Below are positions 13,238 through 28,557 of a stretch of DNA of 64,000 nucleotides, piece by piece. Below the pieces are notes generated by a model. It had not been told where the DNA came from. It worked only from the letters and a program-made list of their open reading frames with translations, and made no database searches. How positions within the stretch are numbered: position 1 is the first letter of the stretch; every line of letters begins with the position of its first letter. The stretch is from assembly GCA_964016885.1 (NCBI GenBank), contig OZ024740.1:351230001-351294000 (forward strand), written 5' to 3'. The stretch comes from Eledone cirrhosa (lineage: Eukaryota). The translations under genes and the position numbers were made by a program.

Positions 13238-15185
13238 GGTGGTATATTGTATCAGGAGAGTTGATTGTATTATCTATAGTGGTATTAGTGTTACTATTTT
13301 CATTAATGTATGGTTTAGAATGGGTTGTAATTAGATTAGTATGGTTAGATAGGTTATTGGTGGGTGATAGTTTAGGGGATGTGGAGCTAGTAGAGTTTTG
13401 TTTGTTTTGGAGATTATTAGTCAAAATTGGTGTGGAGTTAACCTATTATAGGTGAAGAAGTAGGTGGTTTGTTTTGGTTTATTTTAGTATTATTATGGTT
13501 GGTTTGATGTGTTGGTGGTATATTTGTTTTTTTACACTTATATGTGTTATAAGCGCTTATATTCTGTTGTATATTCTTGGTAGTGGAGTAGGAAAATTTG
13601 ACAGTAGATCTATTTAAAATTTGATGGTATTTATGGTCTGGTGGGAAGTTTTTCTCTAGGATAGCAAAGAATTTTTTTAGGGATATGGTCTTTAATCTGT
13701 AGATTGAATGGAGCATTATACCAAGTAACACGTCTATTACGGTTTCGACATTGTTTCTTATATTTATATGATGTATCGGGAGGTTTACTGAGAGAGTTAC
13801 TATTAGTGGTTTTATTATATATAGGTTTAGTTAGATTACTTGATTTAGGTGTTTTAGTCTGATTACTAAGAATGTTGTTATTTGTGTTTTTGACATATGT
13901 TAGAGTATTAGGCTGAATGGGTTTTTGAAAGGCATTTTTTTTTATGTGAGAAGAGGTAGAGAAATTAAGTTTTGGGTTGGTGTTTTTAGGTGTAGTATGA
14001 GTGGCATTTAGGTGTGGATTTTTCATTTGGTGTTTGTTGATAATATTAGGTTGTATGTGTGAAATAGTATTGGCGCAAGGTATATAGACTAATTTGTTCT
14101 TGTGGCCGCTTCTAGCTAAAGCTTCGTTATAAAAGGCCGCGTTTTTATCGAATACATCTTGATTTGATGAAAGGTTAGAGATTCTGAGTGAGATATTATA
14201 TGCTAGGTTTTTAAGGATAGATCTAGGGTGATTGGATTGTGAGTGTATGTAATGCAAGTTTTGGTTAGGTTTATGGTAAGGTTGGTAGATACCCACAGAT
14301 GGGTCCATAGTTATATCTAGGAAATTGACTATTTTACTGGTGTTTTTAAATGTAATAGTGAGATTATAATAGTCTTTGAGGAAAGTTCTAAGGTTTTATT
14401 TATTTCAATTTCTGATAGGCTACGATTAGTGGATAGAAGAAGACAGTCATCACGATATAAACCACCTTTAAGGTGGGGAAACGATGAATTAATGTTAAAT
14501 AGAAGAAAGAGGCCCACAAGATCGGTAATTTGGGCAGAATCACTAGAGCCCATAGTTATGTCGAAGAGATTATTATATGTATTTCTGGTCCAATACTCCT
14601 TCTGAAATTCAAGTAGTGTTTGTATAGTGTGCGTGATAACATTGATGTGATCCATAGTTAAGTCTGATCTATTTTTGGCAAATATCAAGGCTTTGTTCAG
14701 GAGTATGGGTGATATAGAGGAATAATATGCGTCTATATCGAATTGTAGAAATGAAGCAGAGGATTTATTTTCAACATTAGTAAACCAAGTAATTACTTGG
14801 GATGTGTTTTCCCAGAGTGGTAAGTTAACATATTTTCTTAATTGTGGTATAATTCTATCCAAAATGTTTTTACTAATGATGCCAATATCAGATTTGGAAG
14901 GGCATATAAGGCTTATAGAAGGATTAGAGTTGAAATTGAATTTGTGATCCTTCAGGTTAAAATGTGATTTTTTCAGTGCCAAGGATTCAGTTCTGTCTTC
15001 AATATTGAGTTTATTTACTATGTTGTATGTTTTGTTGCTGATATTGGCAAGAGCCGCGCTATTTTTTTTAAATAATTTTTCCTGAGTTCTTTATAAATGA
15101 ACTCATTGTAATTATCAATATCCATGTGGTATAGATTTCCGGTTTTGTCACAGTGGACGTGGACTTTACTAGATTGTTTTAGCTC
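13238..15185 (-). mobile_element. PLE (close relative of the copy at 1-1758), RT region, GIY-YIG lost, frameshifted
   Basis: DKTGNLY, LKDHK, MGSSDSAQITDLVG, GGLYRDD, VTWYNAPFN; joined to the truncated LTR at 13237. Confidence 0.93.
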
Positions 15186-15189
15186 CCAT

Positions 15190-15270
<81 letters not shown>

Positions 15271-15271
15271 C

Positions 15272-15306
<35 letters not shown>

Positions 15307-15323
15307 CATATATATATATACAT

Positions 15324-15442
<119 letters not shown>

Positions 15443-15535
15443 CATACGTATATATATATATACATATATATACATACGTATATATATATATATACATATA
15501 TATACATACGTATATATATATATATATACATATAT

Positions 15536-16183
<648 letters not shown>

Positions 16184-16398
16184 CATATATATATACACAC
16201 ATATATATATATGTATATATATACATATATATACATATATATATATATACATATATATATACATATATATACACACATATATATATACACACATATATAT
16301 ATACATATATATACACACACACATATATATATATACATATATATATACACACATATATATATATATACATATATATATACACACACATATATATATAC

Positions 16399-16451
<53 letters not shown>

Positions 16452-16779
16452 CATACATATATATATATATATACATATATATACACATATATATATATAC
16501 ATATGTATATACACACATATATATATACATATATATATACACACATATATATATATACATATATATATACACATATATATATATACATATATATATATAC
16601 ATATATATAAACACTTATATATATATACATATATATAAACACTTATATATATATATATATACACACATATATATATATACTTATATATATACACACATAT
16701 ATATACATATATATACATATATATATACATATATATATACATATATATATACATATATATATATATATACATATATATA

Positions 16780-16815
<36 letters not shown>

Positions 16816-16876
16816 CATATATATATAAATACATACATATATATATTACATATATATATATATTACATTTATATAT

Positions 16877-16962
<86 letters not shown>

Positions 16963-16972
16963 AACAAGTAAG

Positions 16973-17066
16973 ACCCCGACGGCTGAGCTCAAGCCGTTTC
17001 GACGGCTAATTCTGGACTGAATGAAAATTTATTCTGGTATTTAAATAGCCGAGCTTATCAAGGGGT
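16973..17066 (-). ncRNA. Hammerhead ribozyme family B (inverted copy)
   Basis: Reverse complement of 19741-19834. Confidence 0.85.
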
Positions 17067-19740
17067 AATTCCATATATGGTCAAAGAGATAATCGCCAGG
17101 ATTGGTCACATCACAAGTTAGTAGTAAATCTGTGATGGCAAATTGGTGGGGGAAGGGGTAGCTGAACCTGAACATAGAGAGCTATTATGCTTCTATCACC
17201 TTACCGCTACTTACTGCCGCCTTGGACTTCGCCGAAGCACTCGTGCCCATCACCGACCAGAAAAGAAAAATCATCCTCCACGCCAGGAAGACAGTCTTAC
17301 TCTTTGACAACTCCAAATGGATAAAAAGAGCTCCCGACCCACCCTTCGACGTCAGCATGGGCGCTACGGATTCGGCGGAGGTCACTGATCTTATAGGATT
17401 ATTCCTTATAGCCAAACTCACCGATACGTTTCCTGCTTTCGGTGGTGGATTGTACCGTGATGATGGGCTCCTTACCCTTAAAGGGTACAACCCCAGTAGT
17501 ACAGATCGGGTCCGTAAACAATTAATCAGCTTCTTCCGCGACTGGGGATTTAAAATAACCCTACAAACGTCCTGACCCGAGTTAATTTCCTGGACGTTAC
17601 CCTCGATCTCAATAATGACCTGTACTACCCATACAGGAAACCCAATGACAACCTGCACTACATCCACCGTCGATCTAACCATCCTAGGAACATCACCAAC
17701 AACCTGGTCAAAAACATCTCCCTCCGCATATCCCGTTTGTCAGCTAATGAGAAGATATTCGATGAACATGCGCCTTACTACAACCAAGCCCTCAAGCGGA
17801 GTGGCTTCCGGGAGGAAATATCCTACTGTCCAGCTCCCATTAGCGGAACCAGCAGGCGACACCGCCGCTCACGCAATGTAACATGGTTCAATCCTCCCCA
17901 CAACGCCGAGGTGACAACTCCCATCGGGAAAATTTTCTTTAGGCTCATTGAAAAACACTTCCCACTACAACACCGCTACCACAACATAATTAACAAAAAT
18001 ACCATAAAACTCTCTTACAGCACTACACCTAACTTCGCACAAAACATCGTCTCCTCCAACAACAAAAAACTCAACCCCGATGGAAGAAACAACCTAAATA
18101 GCAGTGGAGAGCCGACCAGGAGGTGCAACTGTCCTGATAGATCCAGTTTCCCCCTCGACAACAGATGCAGAGACCGTAATGTGATCTACCAGTGCAACGT
18201 GAGCACGAACACCTCCAACAAAGCTTATATAGGATTAACCGCATGTGACTTCAAGACCCGGCTATACCAACACAGACATACCTTCCGAAACCCGGCCCAG
18301 CATCACGACACTACACTTTCGGGTCACATATGGGACCTCAAGGACAACAACATCAACTATGATCTCACTTGGAAATTACTGTCCAGAGCCAACTCTTACA
18401 CGGGAGGACGCCGTCCGTGCAATTTATGCTCGGAGGAAACTTTACAAATGCTGTTCTCGACGGACCAACTCCTAAACAAGAAAGATGAACTGGTTACTGC
18501 ATGTAAACACCGATTACGTAAGACTTACCTCGCCCTCAAACCCCATAATGACCCGGGGGGTAGACTAGGGCTATAACACCCCACTTGCCTATTTTGTAAG
18601 GGGTAACCCCTGCTTGCCAATGGAGACGTTAGATCCTCTTTTACATTCTTTTATCGCTTCTTCTATATTTCCTCCTTCCCCCCATCCCTCCCTAGTCCTT
18701 CCACCCCAGTTCCCTTTCTTTGCCGTCGTTTTTTTCTCGCCCACCCGAGGTAGCCCCTCGGTCCTTTGTAGCTTCAGCACCACCACCACACCACCCCTCC
18801 CCTATTCTATGATAGATTTGGCTGACTCCGCTTTTTATAGCAGAGGTGTTAGACTTCGGATACTTGCCCCCTTCTCCGACCGCTGTCCCTTTTTTCCGTG
18901 CCTTTTATATTTCTTAGTGGCATCTTTGCTTTAATTTCTCATTTATTCAGTTTTCCTCTTTTTCCCTTTTTTTGGAGGGGGGGGGGGGTGTTTCTGTATT
19001 AATTTTCCGTTCTTTACTTTTACTTCGTACGATCTTTCATGTAGCTTGTATAAGACTTTTTGTTTCGTGGCAGTACCCTTAGAGTTAGCACGAGTATTTT
19101 TTTGCGTGACCCCGAATTATATTCTCGTACTAGTTTACTTTCTTGCTCTGGGTGGTTGCTGGCCCTGTGATTGGGGTAAAAACCTTTATTATTTCGTGGT
19201 AGTCTCTTTAGTATTTCCCCCCCCCCCTTTGTTGACCCGTCACCGTACGATACACGCACCTATACCTCGTATAAGGGTCTCTTTATCTCCGTCCTACCTA
19301 GTTTATTTTTATTAATTTTTTTATTCTTCATTATATTTTTTTTTTAAATTTATTTATCTATTCTTTTATTCACTTATTTGTTTACCTATTTATTTATGTA
19401 TTTCTTTAGCCTAGCAATAGCGAGAGACTTAAGTCTTAGTAACCAGACTTTGCTTATTTTTTTTTTCTCTCTCTCAGTACGTTTTATAGTTTTACCCCTC
19501 ATTGTTCTACTTACCGTTTCGACTTCCTCCCCCTCCCCCTCCCCAGTAGCCTCTTTGACCTCACACCCAGCTGTAGCCGGCACTACCAACGCATGAATGG
19601 GTCTACTCTACCCCCTCTCCCTTTTTCTCCTACCGGCAGGTTCAGCTACCCCTTTCCCCATCAATTTGCCATCACAGATTTACTACTAACTTGTGATGTG
19701 ACTAATCCTGGCGATTATCTCTTTGACCATATATGGAATT

Positions 19741-19834
19741 ACCCCTTGATAAGCTCGGCTATTTAAATACCAGAATAAATTTTCATTCAGTCCAGAATTA
19801 GCCGTCGAAACGGCTTGAGCTCAGCCGTCGGGGT
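19741..19834 (+). ncRNA. Type I hammerhead ribozyme family B (U3-A8 core variant)
   Basis: Stem I ACCCC/GGGGU, core UUGAUAA, stem II CGGCUA/UAGCCG with large loop, GAAA 19807-19810, stem III CGGC/GCCG, GUC site at 19829. Confidence 0.88.
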
Positions 19835-19925
19835 CTTACTTGTTCCTATTACCCACTCTACTACCCTAAGTATCGAGTACTTTGGTGCGTTATGGTCCAC
19901 CTGGTTCCTTACCACATTTCCTTCG

Positions 19926-19990
<65 letters not shown>

Positions 19991-20020
19991 GGAATAATTA
20001 TATATATATTATATATATAA

Positions 20021-20178
20021 TTATTCCAGTGTATTACTGGTGCTTTATTTTATCGACCCCGTATGGATGAAAGGCAAAGTTAACCTCGGCGGTTTTTGAA
20101 CTCAGACCATAAAGGGACGTAACTCTTTGCTGCAAAGCATGGCGTCCGACCCTCTACCAACACTGCCAATCCACCGCC
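20021..20178 (-). mobile_element. tRNA-derived SINE with Meta-like core
   Basis: Minus strand ggcggtggattggcag...gagttcaaa..cgccgaggttaactttgcctttcatcc..cggggtcgataaaataaagcaccag. Confidence 0.75.
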
Positions 20179-20194
20179 CTTATATAATACATTC

Positions 20195-20900
20195 TACTTA
20201 GAAACATAGTTAAGGCCATTAGGACCAAGTCCAACCTGCCCCTGTGGGCGAACAGCGACTCCCTAATTAAGTTGTTTAACTCCTTAAAATCCAAAAAAGC
20301 GAAGTTCACACGGTTTGACATTGTCGATTTTTACCCGTCGATCTCAGAGACCCTGTTAAACAAAGCGTTGGACTTCGCTACCACTTATACCACCGTCGAT
20401 GGTTTAGACAGGGAAATCATCCCTCACTGCTGGAAAACCCTCCTCTTCAACGACGGAGTAGCCTGGGCAGAAGTCTACAACTTCAAACCTATTCGACGTC
20501 TCCATGGGATCGTTTGACAGTGCTGACGTATGCGACTTGTTTGGCTTATTTATTTTAGACATATTACGTGTTAGATTCCCGGACTTCCACACGGGAATAT
20601 ACCGCGACGATGGACTGACCTTATCGAGCCATAAAAGTGGTCACAACCTCGACCGGTTTAAAAAAGACTTAGCTTCTACCTTCAATGTGTTAGGACTTGG
20701 GATAACAGTAGCTACCAACCTCACTAGCGTAGATTTCTTAGACATTAATTTAGACCTCCGCACACACACCTACAGACCCTTCCATAAGTTAAAAACTCAA
20801 TTACACTCAAAAGGACTCATGCCACCCTCCCACTGTTTTTAGAAACTTCGTAAATAATATCAGTACTAGAATCTCAAACCTCTCCTCTAATAAGGCTATC
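20195..20900 (+). mobile_element. PLE RT fragment
   Basis: FTRFDIVDFYPSI, MGSFDSADVCDL, GIYRDDGL, VDFLDINLDL. Confidence 0.9.
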
Positions 20901-21364
20901 TTAATTGTTTAATTTATAATTTCTGATATTTGATTTAGGATTTTAATTTTTATTTCCAACCCTCACTCTTAACTTCCAACGTAAAACCATGATACCTAGA
21001 ATAAGTTTATTTTCCCTTATAAGGTGATGGTCAGTCGTGCCGTCAACGCTTAGTGAGAGGTAGTATTATGACCTGTAAAAACTAACACTCTCCCATCCCC
21101 TCTGGCTCTCGGCTGACTGCAACAGCCGTGATGGGTAGCAGTAAAATATGGTACAGGCATTGGTGGGCCATTGTTTTGGATGACGGGGTGAACTGACTGC
21201 GGTGGCGAAGGGTCAACTTCCTTCGGACATGTGCTTGCGCAGCCGGTGGGGGTGAATTGGTACTCACAAGGGAGCGGATGAAAAACACCAAAACACGCAA
21301 TTCATCCGTTCCCTTGTCGATCCAATTTGGATTGCCTCGGAAACATAACCTTATTATGTAACAA

Positions 21365-21438
21365 GCTGTCTGATGATGTCACGACACTCGCACACAGAAC
21401 AGTGTGGCCAGTGTCGTCACTGAAATATATATCACAGC
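21365..21438 (+). ncRNA. Type I hammerhead ribozyme
   Basis: Stem I GCUGU/ACAGC, CUGAUGA 21370-21376, stem II incl. ACGACACU/AGUGUCGU, GAAA 21422-21425, U-AUAU-A stem III, AUC site at 21433. Confidence 0.88.
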
Positions 21439-21561
21439 ATTATTATTAAAGGATTTGAACATCTGAAACTACTTCGCTTTTCTTTATTCGATATTTACTC
21501 CGTCACTCCTATGTGGTAAAAGTACGTTGAGTGCTTGAATTGAATTGCATCAATGTTTACC

Positions 21562-21686
<125 letters not shown>

Positions 21687-23437
21687 TGTCTGGCGCGTAT
21701 GTCTTCTCTTACCATGTGCGTTATTTCAGTTGTCTAAAGTCTCTTTAGAAGTGTCGACCATATCGTCTTTACACCTGCCGATAAGCCCTGAAAGGTCATG
21801 GTACCGACACTGTTTATGGCGAAACGTTCTCTTCTTTGGGTTTGTCTAGGTTTTTTAAAGTTAATTTACCTTTTTAATTATTATGCATTTTCCACACTTT
21901 TTGTAGACTTTATGATTGTCACTTTAGTGGTTCTCTACCTCTCGTAATTGAAAACATAACCTTTCGTGTTTTTTTCTCTATATATTGTATTATGAAGATC
22001 CTGGTAATTATCCCTTGAGCTCAATAAATTACAGGGCATTATCGGGAGTCTTTAACTCCGTTTTTTCATTTGATATATATATATATCTTTCTCTTTTCCA
22101 TGGACTCACCCATTTTCATATTGTCCCCTCTGTACACTTGCTGTTCTATTCTACGCACCAGTAATCTCACTTGAGAAGTTTCCAATGTAATGCTGTCCTT
22201 GGTATCAGCAACGCCTTCTTCCATCGAGTCTTACATGAGAATATCATAGCTGTTCCGGTTCATATCTCTTGCAATGAAAGCTTCATCTTAGATAGTTTTA
22301 CATTGCATTTGTATCGCTGTCTTTTCCGACGACACATATTTAATGGAAATGACATCATCTTTAATATTCTGCATACAGGCACCTATCGCGAACAAATTAG
22401 GTGTTATTTTTTTCTTTCTTTCTTTCATTCATTCTTACTTTCGTTCTTTCTTTCTTTCTTTCTTTTTTTCTTTCTTTCATTTTTCCATTCATTGATTCAT
22501 TATTTTGTTATATATATATATGTACATGCATATAAATCCTTCCATGCCTTCTCTTCCTCAACCTTTTCATTTGAAAGTACAATTATGAAGAATGCCTCTA
22601 GCTCTTTTTAATTGTCTTATATTTTATTTCTCTTTACGTACATTATTTGTTTCTTCTCTGCTTTTGCTATTTTTTAAATGTAATTTGCATCCCTTTTCTC
22701 TTATTTATTTATTTGTTTATTTGTTTATTTATTTATTTAGTTATTTATTAGCTTCACTAGTGTGAAACTCGAACTAGGACAAATTCAACAAAACACTATT
22801 TTAGTTAGCTTCGTAAATGATTCGCAACACCGCTTACAAAGAATGGTATTAGGAAAAAAGAAACAACATTAAAAAAAAACAGTAAAAAAAATGAGGACAC
22901 AAATACCATTAAAAACAACGGTATGGAAACAAAATAAACATATAAACAAACAAACAAACAAACAAACGAAGTAGAAATGATAAAACGAAACAAAAACAGA
23001 GGAATATCATTGTGGGCTTGTGATTTCGCTTAAAGGGTGAATTTGTGTGAAAGGGTAGAAGTGAATGTAATGCTACTAAAAATGTTAGTAAGCAGGCCAC
23101 CCCGTCGCAAAATAAAACATTAAGAAAAACAACAACAACAACAAATATATATATGAAAGAAGAGAGTGAGAGAAAGAGACACAAAAATTGTGAGGAGGGA
23201 GAGAGAGAAAAAGAGTATAAAAGAGCATAATTACGAAAATAACTTCTCCTTTGGTTCTAAAGTTGTGGGGAGGGGGAGGAGGAGGATGAGAAGGGTAGAA
23301 TGCACTGGAAACATTGAGTCTATTCCGAGAGCCAATTCTTATACAGTTCAACGGCGACTGAACCTAAACGGACTAAATCATACGTGAAGTAGAAAATAAT
23401 GCATGTATGTATTTGTATGTGTATCTCTCTCCCTCCG

Positions 23438-23513
<76 letters not shown>

Positions 23514-26281
23514 AAATATATATGTATATATATGTATACATATTCTATTTACCATTTTATTTGGTACATAGATACAGAAAATACTTAACGTCAATGTATA
23601 CTATTACACGAAATAATACTCATTACTCTTGGTAAATGGAATATATATTATACACCCCCCTCACACACGTATATATACTTACATATACAAACAACACACA
23701 CATGTGTGTGTGTGTGTGTAATTCGTTTCCCAACTGCCATACAAATACACACACACACACATATGACTGTTATAGACTGTCCAACTTACAACGCTAAGTT
23801 GGTATAAAAGCAAGGTCCACTCAGATTGCATTGTCTAAACATGTTCCAAAAAGTTCGGATCCAAATCAAGGCTCTAGCTATTGCCTCGTTGGAACTAAAC
23901 ATATTAAACTCAATTTTCCAATAATTATTTTGTATTTCAACTAGAAGAATGGTGGTTTGCAGTCAAAACTGTTTGTGTTAAAGAATACACCTAAGGCAGC
24001 TGTAGACACAATCGGTAATTATTTAAACGATGTTCTGAAGAAAACTGATCTCTCTGCGATCACATAAGACAACTACAATACAACGTTCAAAGATTTTAAA
24101 GAACTTGTTTTAAAAGAGTTCATTGATTGGAGTAGGATGCATTGGGGCATCCAATATTGTTTTTATATATTTCTAAAACACTGTGTGACTCTGTATTATG
24201 ATTTCTCTGTGTTTGTCTCTTCTTAATTCTCCTTCTTTATTCTTCTGTTTTAAAATGAATACTATAATATAATTAATTTTGGAATATAACATAATTAATT
24301 GACAACATACTTCATGATGATGGCGTACAGCGTACAGAAACGGACTTGGCAATGGATTTGGAAACAGTTGGAAATATAAAAAATATAACATCTTGTCACT
24401 TGTAATGGTATCTTTAAAAACATGTAAGGCTCAAAATAGTTTTTAACCGCTTTCTTCTCTAACACGAAAATGTATAGACCAATAAAACTGCTCATAAAGA
24501 GAGATCTTGAAAATATTATCTGTAAAATTTATATCCATACAGTTCGAACTGGGTAGCTCAAGTTTTGTGATTATTTTTTTCATTGTACAACGTGTTGATT
24601 GTTACTATTATCTAGTATCACCAGGCTAATAAACGATTTTTCTAAATAATAAGCCTGCAGTTGAGAAGTTCCGTCGTATAATATAGAATGCACATAAATA
24701 GTTATTCAAATAAACCTTACTTTCTATGTAACAATAATCATATAATTAAAGGCATAGATAAGAGAATATATTATGCAATCATTTATATCCCCAATTATAG
24801 AACAGACCCAGAAATAAAGCCATTTTATCACATATTTCTTGCTTAAACCCTACTGCAGTCAAAGAACACTCGCAAAATATCTGTCTATTCATTTTTTTTT
24901 ACTGGTTTTCACATACGTTTGCATTCCTATGTTTCACCACAGGAGCCTTCGCAAGAATTTTTCATAGAAACGTTTTTATAGAAAATGGCCTTATCTATAG
25001 AAATTTTTTTTTTTAAATCTCTTTATAGATTTGTATACTGTTTTATATATTGTTATATACCCATATGCGAAACCAATATTTCCTGTCATATCAAATTACT
25101 AATAACGGTGACCAATAAAAATACTTGCGATTGTAAGATGGTAAACTATTTCATTGCCTTATTCTTTTAAATCTAGTCGATGAAATCTGCCAATAAATTC
25201 ATTCGACAGCAACAAGTCCCCATTCTAGCATAATTTTCACGTGTATTTTATTTTTGAGATTTCTCAATTGTTTAACTTTTTTCTATAATAATCATGTAGG
25301 TTAATGCAGTAGCCAGAAGATTTTAACTTATCGCCAAATGCTCATGTAGCATACCTTTGATTATCTGCTTCAAACCAAACATCAAATTGGGGTACTTCCA
25401 TACATTGATAATGGTGGTGATAGCATAATATTTAACAAAATCATGCACATATACATACATATATATGTATACATACGCACACATATCCATCCATCCATAT
25501 ATACAAATGGACATACAGCTGTGAAACATGCACATCAGTGGGAGACCCAAACGAAATGATGCTACATTTTGACAATGTGAAAGTGCTCTCCTATATTCAA
25601 AGATCACTTCCGACCGGTATTGAAACTGTTACTTCTCTTAAAACATACTCTCCTCATGTGCGTTGCTGATTCAACGAATTTTATTGAACCTGTCATTCAC
25701 TTCTAAACCCAACCTCTGCCCACCAACACATCAATGCATGTCACATAACATCAAGGTATCACGCAACAATCGTATTTCCGCCTAATCTATTGTGTTGTTA
25801 CCCTTTCATGATAATATTTCTAATGAAATATAATGCAATTCAATTAATTAATGAAGAATTTGAATGGATTTATTAAGATAATTAATTATTTCATTATTAA
25901 GTTTGTGTTTGTAATATAATACAACAAAAGGTTCTTGTGTCAAATTATGACAGAAGATTTTAATTTAAATAGGAATCCTTTAAAAGAGTGATTTTTACTC
26001 CATAGAAATAAATAAAAAGGTTTAAAGACGGCAAATGTGCTTCACACATGACTTGTTCTAAGCTTCTAAGTTGGCGACGATGGTTAAATCTTTTCCATAT
26101 CTTCTACGTTATCCTTCACTCTAAAACGTCTGATATCTCATCATGTTATATTTATATATTTGTAGTCAGCTTTTTAATATTCTGTGCAGCAAATATCTTA
26201 GCACTAACTTAACTATTGATTTTCATACGGATGACATCTTTAGATTATTTAGTATCCATAATAATAACAATAATGATAATA

Positions 26282-26372
26282 ATTGTTTCTACTTTAGGCA
26301 CAATGCCAGAAATTACCCAGTGCATTACTGGTACCTTATTTTATCGACCTCGTAAGGATGAAAGGCAAAGTC
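26282..26372 (-). mobile_element. Meta-core SINE fragment
   Basis: Same family as 20021-20178. Confidence 0.65.
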
Positions 26373-26384
26373 AACAATAATGAT

Positions 26385-28262
26385 AATAATGGTTTCTTTG
26401 TTAGCTACACAGGGCTCACATTAAGAGGACAATAATAACGATATAGGACTGTACAGAGTGAGTTTTGTTGTGTAAAAAAAAGTGTATCACAACAACTAAA
26501 GAAATAAACATTAAATCAAACATCAAATTCCTCCAAAGTGGGTAGACCCCCGAGGATCACTCGGTAACTTTGACCGCTAGGGCATGTGCCTACACTCAGT
26601 TGTCCTCCAATTTACAGGCGCATACTCGGACTATGCTCGCCTCTCTCATCCACCTTTCAACAAACTGTGGAGTGACCTTCAAAATGGACTCAGTAATACA
26701 TTTGGAGCTCTGGACCAAACCAGACTCCGAGCAATTTAACCTGCCAGTTCGTCAAGCGCCCGGCATGGACCTATCTCTCCAAGTGCCGAGCCGCAAGCTC
26801 ACGACTTTTCCTGGTTAATTTTTGTTCCTATTATCGCTTCGTATTCTCCGATGGCGCTGCCGATCAACTCAAAATTCTTGCTGCTCGACACCACTACGGT
26901 GGCGTTGTCTGCATATCTTGACATGGATCTTCCACATCTTAGCTCCTGCCTCTCTAGTAGTGACTCGAGAGTCAATACGTATAACAGAAACGAAAGAGGA
27001 CAACCTTGGCGAACCGAACGCATGATGTTGAACGGTTCCGAGAGGTGACCGTTCACTCAGACTACTGAACAAATGTCGCTGTGCAATACAGCAATCCATC
27101 CTCTGAAAACAGGCCCGAAGCCCGCTGCCTTGAAGACTGCCGACATGTACCGATGGTCGGCCCCATCAGAAGCTCAATTGATCCAAGTTGATCAGGCCCC
27201 ACTTGTGCCTGGTTTCTTAGCCACACTCTCTATGATATATTGCAAAAGGTGAAGGTTGTCGTGAATGGATCTATTCGGAATGGCACATGTTTGCGTCTCT
27301 CTGACTTGACGACCGACGACAAGCGGCAACCTTGGCTAAAATTTTGAACTCTGCATTTAGCAGAATTATAGACCTGAAATCATCTATATGGTCCTTTGTT
27401 CGGGTCCTTTCTATGCATTGCCACCACCCCTTCGGTTCACAGAACTAGGAATTCTCCCGTTCTGTGGCCAATTGGCGTAGATGTCCGCTAAAATGCCAAC
27501 GAATAAATCTGGCATATTTGTGTAAAGCTCGAAGGACAGACCATTCAGACTAAGCAATTTGCCTCTCGTGCAGGTAATCATTGCGTTCCATATTTTATCG
27601 GCTCTTATCGGATTTTCGCGAAACTCCAACTCTTTCGGCGAGAACGTCGTCAGGTCATCAACGTAGGCGCTGAAATCCATCCCTCGATCCGGCCCACCAC
27701 TGCTCCCGAAAATCTGCACGAAGTGTCGCTGAAAAACCGCGCACATCCGCTTCGGATCGAGTACCACGCGCCCAACGTGGTTAGACAAACACCGAATTAT
27801 GGATTTCTTTCCACGCCGCACCTCCACCACTCGTGCCCATCGAACAACCTTTAAACCCTCGTGTCTAGGATCATGCTCCTTAGCTCTGATAAAGCAGCCT
27901 TCGTGCTTCGTATTGAAGAATTAGTCGTGCAGCAATCTCGCCGTAAGCACGTCCGAACTTCTTCTAACTTTCTAGCTAGTTCTCCCTCTAGTCTATTTTT
28001 TTTTTATATCGCCACTACCTTACTAAACCTTATTGATTCCACTCTAATTGCGCTATTCAAGGCGAACCACCATCTGTTGTTGACGATTGTCCCTGTCAAA
28101 GCCCGCTTAACTAATTCACTAATCTGGTCGTTATAATCTTTGTGCTTCAGCTTTCAGTAACCGGGCACTTGTCTATGAAGTCCATTTAAGTCGACTACAC
28201 AGATCACAAAATTATGGTCTGTGTAGTCGACTACTTTGAAATCTGCCTTATCTACTTCTCTA
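26385..28262 (-). mobile_element. Decayed Tx1/L1-clade LINE ORF2 fragments
   Basis: DYTDH..V, GPGYWKL-like, GLSFELY, SVRQGCPLS.LLYVL.LE, YADN; homologous to 38364-41708. Confidence 0.85.
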
Positions 28263-28557
28263 CAGAAGTAGATAAGGCTAGGATAGGGTGTCCAGTATTT
28301 TTTTCGTGAAACCACCACTAATAAGATCTCCTCCCCAGTATAAAGGATTGTAATTCTGGTTTGATTTTGGAGTTTCCGTCTCCGTGATGGGTTGTCGTCA
28401 AACCCTGAACCGACAATATCCCACATAGCACTGTAAGGCTAGGAATTTCTGAAAATTATCTATGGACCAGAGTTTTCACGAAAACGTCATTACTTTTGTC
28501 CGCCACTACTCCTCTGTTGGGGGCGAGTGTGAGTTTCTATCGATTGTACTGCTCGAT

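Larger units (their letters stand above)
16959..19928 (+). mobile_element. 5'-truncated PLE (family B) with inverted 5' pLTR (16959-17170) and 3' pLTR+tail, in (TA)n
   Basis: ORF about 17185-18576 (GGLYRDDGL, WFNPP, CNCPDRSSFPLDNRC, YIGLT..FK.R, CNLC..E), frameshift near 17570; 16959-17170 is the reverse complement of 19637-19848. Confidence 0.95.

Noticed and set aside
21785-21832. CUGAAAG-GUCAU/AUGGC-GAAACGUU motif
   Set aside because: Core is altered and stem I is absent; not counted.
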